20,000 bases of DNA from Podospora anserina (Eukaryota). Within the stretch, counting starts at the first letter, position 1. Each line of letters opens with the position of its first letter. Shown in pieces: positions 9,290 through 19,432 of the stretch. Under the pieces are notes generated by a model. That model was not told where the DNA came from. It made no database searches and worked only from the letters and a program-made list of their open reading frames with translations. The translations under genes were made by a program, and so were the position numbers. The DNA is taken from positions 7,860,012-7,880,011 of the forward strand of contig CM030332.1 of assembly GCA_017654855.1 (NCBI GenBank). The letters run 5' to 3'.

Positions 9290-10618
9290 ATGCCCGCCAT
9301 CACTTCGTCGGGAGCCAGGCCAGAGCTCGCCGGCGGTGGGAGCAGCGCCCCGGTGTTGGAATTTCTCTGTCTCTTCACCCACGACTTGCAAAGGAAACAA
9401 AAACGATGGCAAGATGGACGCCTCAAGTATCATACCTTCAACAAGCGGGTTATGGTGTACGATGACCGGGGAAACTCTGTGGGCGACATGCACTGGCAGC
9501 GAGACTGGGACTTTGACGAGGGCGAGGAAATCAAGCTGGATCGGGGAGGGGTCATTGTGCAGGTTCAGGAGTGTGTTGGACGTCAAGACCAGGATTTGAC
9601 TGATCTGTTGGACAAAAGAGCAAAGGAAAAGGAGGAACGTCAAAGCCGTACGGCGACGAGGGTGGCTCCTGCGGCCTTTGGACTACGCACGCCAGCAATT
9701 CCATCAAGGGTATATCCAGCTCAAATTGCCGGTCCCCGATCGCATCACAGGCGTCTTGACCAGGTCCTAACTCCGACGGGCCACCATGGACGAGCTCTCG
9801 TGCCGACTGAATCACCTTTTGAGCAGCGTCAGCGAGACCAGGAGACTCCTGATGCCAACAAGGAGACTCCCTTGGCGAAAAGGAGGAAACACGACGATAC
9901 GCCCCCGAGCAAGCTAGGCTACGCCCAGAGTTTGTTTGGTGCTCCTCTCACTCTCTCGGCGGTACCCATGAGCTCAGCCCCTGTCCGGCGGCCTGCGGCA
10001 TCAGCGACGCGGATGCATTCTGGCCCTGCGTCCTCCCAAGAAAATGATTCACCGGCGGGAGAGCCCGAAGAGCGGGAATCCCACCCGTCAAAGAGGAGAA
10101 AGCGTGATGACACGCCGCCTAGTAAGATGGGGTATTCCCAGAGTCTGTTTGGCGCCACCCTCAACTTATCAGCTGTCCCTATGAGTTCTGCCCCGGCTCT
10201 CCGACGAACTACATCGGTGGCACGAGGGCATACAGAACCACCCTCCTCTCAAGAACATGGGCCACAGCCACAAGAACCGACCAGTGGGGTCCAGGAGATT
10301 CCAGTTAACCCTTCTGTACGAGCTGGTCTTTCACGGTCTACTGTAACAGCGCCTCTCTTGAAGACTCGTTTACCGCCCTTGGGAAGCGCCTCGAAACCTG
10401 CAGCAAAAAACGAGGCTGATAAGGCCCGCGCAAGACAGAGAGATGTTGCGGTTGAGTTTCCGGCGGAGGATACTCGCATGAATTCTGACCGCGGGGACAG
10501 TGATTTATCTGCGACGAGGAACCGAAACGCAGCGAAATATATCGACAGAGGTCAGATCCGTGGCCAGAAAGTTGCACCAAAGCCGAAAAAGCCACCTCCG
10601 GTGGTAATTCTTGATCAC

Positions 10619-10650
<32 letters not shown>

Positions 10651-13039
10651 CGATGTGGAGGGCGGAGAGGATGACACGAATCTCAACGACAAGAACCAGG
10701 CGCCTATACAGGACAAAGATATTGGAGAGAGTCGCACGCTTCCCAGGAACATGCCCAAACAACGTTCCAAGAAGCCCACGACCAAGACGCCCTTCACAAA
10801 TGCAGCCCCTGCCACGAAACAAGCGAAATCATCGAAGAGCACAAGGAACAGCAAAACAAAAAAGGCCCAGGACACTGGCTCTAAACTCCCAGTCGAAGAT
10901 GAAAGAGCACCCGAGGGTCTTGGACTTAATATGCCACCTGAAGGGCCAAGGGCACAGTTGCGTATCCAACCACACCAGAAGCGTGGCCTGCTTGTGTCTA
11001 ATGAGAAAGGAAACAAGTCCAAAAAGCCCAAAGTACGCCATGCTCAATCCCATGCCGAGTTGGAATACGATGGAGAGCCTTTTGTTCCAAATCCAGCGCC
11101 TATGACCATGTCAGAGGAGGACGGTCCGTTTGCGTCCTTTGTCGATGCTCCACAAGAGGCACAGACAGTCCCCAAGCCCAAAACACCGTCTCTCCTGCAA
11201 GATGTACATAGCTTGGGAGCCAGACACGAGAGCCTGGCAAATTCTCAGGCCAGTAATGAGGATCAGCCATCAAACATTCGGGCCAATGATGACCCATCTC
11301 TGGACTCTAACAAGACTTTCTCCGTTCCTCCCCCTGCCGCTTCAAAAACCAATATGATGGGGGCCAATGACGAAGGCACTGCAGGCCTTTACGGCGCTGA
11401 GCGCTCAAGAAAGAGATCACCAGGTCAGCAAAGGACGGTCGATTTGGTCAAAGATACCACCCAGGATCGAGGGAGCACCGTTCAACCTCTGGAGTTGCCG
11501 CGAGCCCCGACAGGACCGATCGCTGAACCGCAAACCAGCCCCAGGTATCTGCAAGGCAAAATGACAGATGAAGAGGACGCCAGCGAGAGGCCTCGAGCTC
11601 GTCTACCCAGGAAAAAGGTGACATTGGCACTGGATGAAAGTGACAATGACAGCCTGCCAACTCGCAAAACCAAGAAGCGAATGACAATGGCATTAGACGA
11701 AAGCGATGATGAAAGGCCAGCAAGCTGCCAGAGCACCAGCCGAGATATATCGGTATCAGAAGAGAGTGCGGGTGAGAAGAGGCCAATGCGCCGCAGTAAC
11801 AGACGCACAGCGAAAGCATTTGTTGGAAGCGATGATGAACGCCCGCCTACACGTCAGACCAGGAGCAACACAACAGTAGCAGTTTCGGAAGAAAGCGACA
11901 GCGAGGAGCTTCCCCAAGTCCCTGTGGCTCCAAGGCTAGCCAGACTCAGGAAGAGTGTCAAAAGCAGGGAAATCATTGGCTTCATACCGTCGAGTTCCCC
12001 CGTCATGGAGGTGGCTACCGTAGCAGAGCCTCGGCCAGCCCCTATTCCGACTTCTTTGCCAGCTCCTACCCCAGCTCCTCTGCCCTCTTCTTTGCCACCT
12101 CTTTCCCTAATTCCCGGTTTGATGGACACACCCCCAGGTCTAGAGGCCAACGACATGAGCTCTCCGGGCTATTCCAATGGCCCGAAGGCTCCCGCGCCAG
12201 GAACAGGCATCCCCAAACCAGAGCCCGTGACTGTGCCAGTCGTACAAAGTCTACAAACCAGCAGGGTGTTGCCCCCTTTGCCCGCCTTCGAGTCAACAAC
12301 AGACGTACCTTCGGCTGTTCGGCGGGACAACTTACAACCTACCATCACAAGCCGGGAAACACCGGTCAAGGAGTCTGCCCAAGCTCCCACGCCAGCCCAC
12401 CTCGAACAATCTATCTGCGATTTCCTGAGTGGCGAGCCCCCGCACCACCACCTCGCTTCTGCTCCGGGGGCAGATAAGGCTGGGCAGTCTGCAGTTGCTC
12501 ATCAGCTGACCATGCCATCGCTCGACACGAGCTCGACTTCTGTATCGATGCGACCAGTTTCTGCCAAGGGACCGAATTTGATTGCAGAAGAAGCGGAGGG
12601 TGTCTCAAGGTCACACGAAGCCGTCAGTCATCAAGAGGTGCATGAGAACCCAATTGCCGTCCCGCGGGATGTTGGGGTTTCTCTGGTTGCATCAAATAAC
12701 CCCAACGGTCAAGCACCGCAGGTTCCACCTGCTGCTCCTACTAGACCGAAAATCGCGAACCCGGCCACTCGCGGCCGTAAGGCTGCCCTCAAATCACACG
12801 CTGCTGGTCAAGTTCCCCAATCTATTCTACCGTTGGAACCCGCCCCTGTACGGCTGACTGTGCGGCCACCTGAGACAGCACGGCCCGGAGCAGCCGCTGG
12901 CGGGCGCCCTAGATATAAGATGCAGCTACCGGGCTTTACCTCGGCGAAGGAGACAGCAAAGGACTCTGGGGTGGATGTCGGGCCTTGGAGCAGGGAGGCC
13001 CATGACCTCTTCGGGAGTGGCCGACCTTCTGAGGCTTAG
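9290..13039 (+). CDS. DUF2439-domain protein (Mte1/Dbl2/ZGRF1-N-like, likely DNA recombination/repair factor), 1249 aa, single exon, mostly disordered
   Basis: First in-frame ATG at 9290 (acaATG). N-terminal 'EFLCLFTHDLQRKQKRWQDGRLKYHTFNKRVMVYDDRGNSVGD...EGEEIKLDRGGVIVQV' matches the DUF2439 pattern. Long low-complexity body, C-terminal 'GPWSREAHDLFG', stop TAG at 13037-13039. Confidence 0.88.
10619..10654 (+). repeat. Coding (GAT)10-GAC-GAT microsatellite encoding poly-Asp
   Basis: Read directly; in frame within the DUF2439 CDS. Confidence 0.95.
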
Positions 13040-14365
13040 GTTGCTGGTTTGCATACTAGGTCTATATTGAGGCTCATGGAGTGTGCAGTGTATGGTTCTT
13101 AGAGTAAGCAGGCCGGCCGGTTGATGTTGAATGGATTCAGGGACGCCAAACCCTGCGGGCGGATGGAGGCCATATTAAGAGTCAAGTCGTTGTACTGTTT
13201 GCTCTGGGTACATGCTCACCGTGGCGCCGCTGCGTTCAATTTGCTGGTCTGATTCGGAGCTTTAGTACTACGTACGAACTTATGTCGAGATGAAGTATTT
13301 ATCAACAAAGCATGGGCGCATCTTTGCACCACACTGAGCTCAAATGCTGTACACAAACCACCACTGTATCCTGCCGCTGGGATATGCACTTCACCTCCTA
13401 CCCGTTGGAGCCGGCAGACAGACACGAGAAAATATACATCCGGTTACCAAATCTTGGGTAGGTAGTTGTACACAAGGTGAATCATCGCACCACGCTCGGG
13501 TAATAACTGCCACTACCAGGCACCACGCAAGGGGACCAGTCAACCAGACGGGCGGTAATGCGCATCCCGGTTGCCTAGGGCCTGCTGTACAACACTGTAG
13601 TCCATCGAGTCAAAAGTCATCACGGTACATCTTTCAGCTCGCAGAGGCAAGGCTATTTTGGATGCTTCATGATCCATCCAATCAGAGCGGCAGCTCCCCA
13701 AACCAGCAGTTCATGTTTTTCGGCTACGATTCCCTCATCCGGGCCTTTCGACCGGACTAGCTGGGCCGACAAAGGCATGGATACCAGGTAAGGAGGCTAT
13801 GGTGAGAGGAGGACGGCCGAAGCAGTATATTTGCCATCTACATCCATCTGCATGGGAAAGGCCCGTATGCCCTCCGACCTAGTCAAAACATACCTTTTCC
13901 ATTGGATCAGATATATGGGGACTTTCTCGACACGCCGGCAGGAATCCCCACCCAACAATGTCACACAAGGGCCTCAGAGATCGGTTCCTCACTTTCTTTC
14001 CTACCCACTCAGTCCCCGGCAGTGCCTCGTGGTCACTCTTTGTGGGAATTTGCTCGGACTAACCAATGGACCACCCGGGCCTGTAACTCCTCCAAAACAG
14101 AACCCCGAGAGTTCTCCCCAACCGGATGCCGTCCCGTCTAGTTTCCATATTGCCATCCACATGACTCAGCCGCATGTGGCATCGAACGCACAATACGACG
14201 CGGATGAGGTGGGAGAGGGGGCTGTTCAGCAAACCCTTTCTGCCCCTTGCCAAGGAAGAGAGACAAGAGAAAGACACGAACAGTATGGCATCTTTGCACT
14301 TGTGCCACGCCCTCACTGTCACCAGCTTGTCTCGTTGTAAAAGGTCGAGTGACCATGATTCCACA

Positions 14366-14395
14366 CACCACCACCACCACCACCACCACCACCAC
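14366..14395. repeat. (CAC)10 microsatellite, intergenic
   Basis: Read directly. Confidence 0.95.
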
Positions 14396-14852
14396 CAAGC
14401 ATCACAACCGGCGGCAGCTCACTTACAGACACGTTGCTGGCCGTTTTCTAGACCGGATCCACTCGCCCAAGGCACGTCTTGGAGGGAGAATAGAACCTGG
14501 GAGACTACTACGACAATGTACAACGGTATACGTATATACCTAGACACGTATACTTTACACGACCGCAAGGCCCAACCCAACTACGGTACTCGCCTATTCT
14601 CATACACCTTTTCCTTGGGTATGATAGGTAGCTGATCACCCATCAGCCGCACCTCAACAATTGGAGAAGGAAAGACATACGATCTAACCAGTTTCCAGTT
14701 TTTGGTAGGCGTTCTCTTGGGCCTTCCTTCCTCCCCCCCCCCCAACACACACGCACACCCACAACTGGACGATGGCCACCTGCGAGCCAAGACAAAGCTC
14801 GTACAAAAATACAACATCAAAAGTTCAATTGGAGATTCTCATTGGGGCACGC

Positions 14853-14870
14853 AAAAAAAAAAAAAAAAAA
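14853..14870. repeat. A18 homopolymer
   Basis: Read directly. Confidence 0.95.
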
Positions 14871-17101
14871 GACCCGGATGGGAGGGCCGGACGGGGGCTG
14901 GGGGCCCAATGAGAAATTGGAAACAACGAGGGAGAGCTTATGAAAGATTTCCATATTTTATTACAACCCGGAAAAATAAGGCCGAGCGAATGAGGTTGTA
15001 AAATGGGCAAGGTGGTACAAGGCACAGACAGAGGGGTGGGGGTTTAGACAAAACAAAAACGGCCGAAAAGATATCTTTTCTTATGCATGCTGGGGAATTG
15101 CGGATGGGATGGGGGTAGGGGGGAGGATAGGCAACGCGTGGTGGTTTGGTAGCAGATGCGAGGGGATGACGAAGCAAAGTGACGGGAGAGATGGGTGTGA
15201 GAGATGGGATGAACCAGACAGAACCAAGAACTTGTTTGACGCACGTCGGGATCAAAATCTCTCTCTCAAACTACCTTGTAGGGCTGAATAGAAAGATGAG
15301 ACCTGGTGAGTGGAGTGGTTCCACAGAATGGAAGTGTGGAACAGGGAAGAGGGAAAGCATCAGCGCTAAGCCGTGTGGGGATTAGAAGATGGTTGATGAC
15401 TTCGTAGAAGGGCAGTTGGATCACAAGATGTTTGGGGATGGGAGTCGATTCGATCGGGCGAGAGGAACGGGGGGATGTGATGGGATTACAAAGACTTACG
15501 ATCGTGGGCTATTACTAGAGTATCAGAAAATGGATGCGGTCATCGTAGCATTCATTCTGAGAGGGAAAAACGTCGGGGAGCGAGCTGTGCGATGGTTGAA
15601 CGAGAGAGTTGGAAGTTGAATGGAAATTCCATTTGAGTTTAGCGTTCCCGAACGCCACTTGGTTGTCGGCCGCCAGTGGACACAATGGACAGCAGCCTCG
15701 CCTTAGTGCAAAAACATGGCTGTCTACGCCTCTCCTAATTGCATTAGCCCAGTAGCACACTTACACAGCACGAACAAAGTGCGGGGGCATCTCCCCCCAT
15801 CTCCAGCTCCTCCTCACCACTCGTCAATTCCCGTCATTTTGCCCGGCTCTTCGTGGTGCGCGAACTACTCCCCACACAGAGCAGCCCGAAACACTCGTCC
15901 GCAACACCCAAAGAAGCACTTTCCATTGCGGCCCTGTCTGGCGGTGAGGAAGAAAGCCGTCGTACGCTCTCACGGCTCCCTCCTCCACGTTCCGGCTCGC
16001 CGAGTCTCCGCACAATACAACGGCTACGCCCTTTGGAAGCAGTCGCTTTCAACGGTTTGGCCCGGGGGGATGATGCGGCGTTTCTGGTCTTGTGTCCCCC
16101 CCCCCCGCTCCCCCCCTGGCTTACGTGTTGGTTGGAGCTTCAGCTTGTCGCGCTCTTCCTGTTGGTCTTTAATCACCATTGAACGCCGCACGTCTACCTT
16201 CACACACCCGGCTCGCCATGGCCCCCTGGCCATTACCTAGCTGCTCCGAGTGAGAGCCACAACGGATGGAGGCGGGTTGGAATGGGTGTGGATGGTGGAT
16301 TACCTGCGGTGTGGATTATGGTTTTGGGTTGCACTCACTCCATGTCACTAGACACCCCCATCTCCCACCTCGCCGCCCATCGCCCCGTCAGTCTGTCGGC
16401 TCTGGGGAACGTTCGTCTGCCATCACGTTCGTGAATCGGAAGGGGAGGGGGGGTGGTGAAGCCTCGCATGGGTGGGGGGAGGGGGTCACCGCTCGGACTC
16501 AACGGCGCCGTACACTACACACCTCTCAACCATCGAGAACAGCGGTAGGTACGTGATGGGAGTGCGCCATGCTTCCTTTTCTAGGTTGATCACACGAAAG
16601 CCCAGAGAAGTCTCTTGCTTGCTTGGTTCGTCAACATCCTTGCTCGAGCATGGATGATATTTAGTTCCGTTAGGTCCCGACTGCTCGGGTCGCCTTCTTT
16701 TGTTCGGCATGTTGATCTCAGCGCGCTGTTGCCAGAGCACAATCAGGCTGTGTGTGCCTTGGGGTGTGGTCTGCCTTGTCTTGCTGGCAGCTACAAGATT
16801 CACACCGGCCCGCCGCTTCTTTTTTGACTCTTGCCTACCCCGGGATTTTTGTTTCTCTGCCCTCCATCATCTGTCTTTGTGACCTTTGCAACTGGTTGCG
16901 GGGGTGGTGATCGATCCAACCTACAACGTTGTCGTCCGCTATTCTCATTTGTTGCCCCTTTCTTTTGTCATACTATATCGATACAACTTTCCTCCTTTTG
17001 CTCGTTGGGTGCTACCTGATACCACAGCCTTGCCTCACCATTTTCACGCCCTCGGCTCGGAGCTCGTCACCTTGCCTGCTTCCCCGCCGACAGCTTTCTC
17101 G

Positions 17102-19038
17102 ATGTCCCGGCCGCAAAAACGCAAGCTCGCCTCCGGCGTGTCTGAGCCTAGGCCGAAGCGATTCTCGTGGCGAGGCAAGGGTCCAGTCCCTCGGCCTACC
17201 CCAAGCGAGGAGACCCAGGCGCTCTACGATATCTGGCAGCAGGCCGAGCGTGAAGTGAACCTAGCAGACCTGCGGAGGTTGAACGAGCCACCGACCTTTG
17301 TCGGCCATGACGAGTTTCTCCTCTCACCCTCGCAAGCAACTTCGAGATCTCGTTCCCCTTCCTGCGCCAGCACCACTCACTCGGTCACAAAGGCGATGAA
17401 TGGTGTCGACCTCAACCAACAAGGATCGAAGTCCAAAAAGAAACGGGCCACGCGTACCAAACCGCTGAGCAAGCCTGCCAAGGCCAAAGCAGCGTTCATA
17501 CGAAAGCTGGGAGCTTGTGAGGACTGCAGGAAACGACGTGTCGGGGTAAGATTGCTCCACCTTTGTCTGCGTCACTTGGGTTGCCTCTAACCTGGCCTTG
17601 CAGTGCACTCGCGAACACTGGGATCTTCATCTCTTCGAGGAAGCATGGAGGGTCAAATACGGACCGTTGCCCGACGAGGAGGATATCAAGCCTACTCCGC
17701 TACCCGAATTAGGCGTGGAATATTTCAAGACCGAGTTCCAACTCACCCGGATTCTAACCCCCGAGGTCGCCGCCGCACCACCGCCTCCAGACCCGAGCAA
17801 CCGGTACCAGGCTCGGTTCAGTGAACTGGATGACCTTGCCGGTGTTGGAGGGCAGGTCGTCTCCGCTGCTGGCGCGCCGCTGGGACCGGTCGATGAGGAG
17901 ATTGACATCGACAATATGCTGCAGACATTGCAGCATGAGGACCACGAGGAGCCGCCGCTCATCCCTGTCGAGTTTACCGACTTCTTTGACACCGACTTCG
18001 ATCTGGACTTTGGCGGCGCTGACATTTTTCAACCAGCCCCCGAGACGAGCTTCAACCCCGAGCCCGCAGACGATAGCTGGCTTGGAGACACAGATTATCA
18101 GTGTGTGCCTGTAGGCAAACAGACCTACAACTTTGTCGGACAGCTGCAGTTTGAATGTCTCGGAGCCTCTGCCGCCGAGCATGACGGTGTGGAATTCCCT
18201 TGTGCGCAACGCTTCAACACGTTAGACTTGCTCATCGAGCACTTCTACAGCGCGCATTATGTTTTTGAGAATCACGAGGAGAGAGGAAGGTGCCTGAGCT
18301 GCTTGCTCGACTGGGATCTTACCAGCGCCGAGGAGTTAACCGAGCCTTGCAAGCAGTGTGGCCAGGACCGGCACGAGAAGTGGTACTGGGGATTCATCAG
18401 CAAGGGCACACCGCCGAGCTTGACTTCGGGGACCACGTCGGTGAGGGTTGCCAGTCAAGACGGATATGGCTACGGGATGCAGCAGGGAGGGTCGCCGTTT
18501 GGGAACCAGTCGACCGATCTCTACGGCCATGGCAGCGGGGGTGGGTATGACTTTGGTGGAGGATTCCTCTTTGGGGACTACGGGGACGGGCGCAATCAGT
18601 ACTACAAGGCGGCCCAGCACCTGACGAAGCAGCCGTACAAACCCACGATCAACAGAGGCAGCAAAGCGATGCCGGCTTTTGGGTCTAATCCGGCTTCCTC
18701 TATCTTCGTTGGATTCTCCCTTCTTTCGGTCATCGCCACACGCCTGTATTTGGCCGTCGGAGCTCCCTATCAGCCAGCCTCTTCATTGACGGTGTCGAGC
18801 CTAAGTTGGTGGGCGGCTTTCGTCCCAGAGTTGTCGGTTGTTTGCATCGCTGCCGGGTTGGTAGCGATGTGGCTGTTTCGACATGTTGTTCAGTATCGGG
18901 AGGATTCGGTATGTCCTTGCCCTTCTTGTCTCTGGTTGGCGTGATGATTGCTAATGTAAATGACAGCTGTATGCTGCCCTGAGTATAGCCAGAGCGGAGG
19001 CTCTTGAGGGTTCCGTGAGAGCTGCAGTTGCTGCTTAA
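17102..19038 (+). CDS. Uncharacterised zinc-finger, transcription-factor-like protein with two predicted C-terminal transmembrane helices. join(17102..17545,17604..18908,18967..19038), 606 aa.
   Basis: Intron 17546-17603 (GTAAGA..CTAAC..CAG) and intron 18909-18966 (GTATGT..CTAAT..CAG) are both 58 nt and phase 0; they join track ORFs 16886-17590 and 17598-18944 and a last exon ending TAA at 19036-19038. The product has NLS-like basic patches, 'RKLGACEDCRKRRVG|CTREH', an acidic/Phe-rich segment, a C2H2-type finger, CxxC-x15-CxxC and two hydrophobic stretches. Confidence 0.85.
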
Positions 19039-19380
19039 AAGACTTTGCGTGCGTTTTTCTTCTGTCTGGGCTTACACGGTAGATTACTATGACGCAAGTC
19101 AGAATTTTGGTTTTTGGTTTTTGGATACCTCTCCCACGCTTCTTGTGTTTCCTATCCCCTTCCTTTCCTTTACTCGACACATGGTGACTCGAGTGTCGGG
19201 TGGTGGTTTCGATACTTTCGGCCATTTCTTTTCTTCCTAATTCTCCTTGCAATGTTTCTTTCCCTGTACTGGCTTCTTAATGTCATGGAACCATCGGAGG
19301 ACAACTGCCGGGTTTGGAGGAGGAAAATGTGTATTCAGCGACATTGGGTGGAATACTGCTTTTTGTACTGTCGAGTCATT

Positions 19381-19432
19381 GGTGATGAGGTAGGTGATGA
19401 GGTGATGAGGTGATGATGAGGTGATGAGGTGA
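19381..19432. repeat. Imperfect tandem repeat of GGTGATGA (5 full copies plus a partial)
   Basis: Copies start at 19381, 19393, 19401, 19409 and 19420. Confidence 0.9.

Noticed and set aside
13344-14635. ORFs of 138-169 aa including a poly-His ORF, and an ATGGATACCAG|GTAAGG mini-exon at 13777
   Set aside because: No domain or coding-like composition. The poly-His comes from (CAC)10, and no convincing downstream exon was found for the mini-exon.
19381-19432. Repeated RTGATGA (snoRNA box C-like) motifs; CRISPR-like periodicity
   Set aside because: A simple tandem repeat with no unique spacers and no matching box D or terminal stem; the context is eukaryotic.
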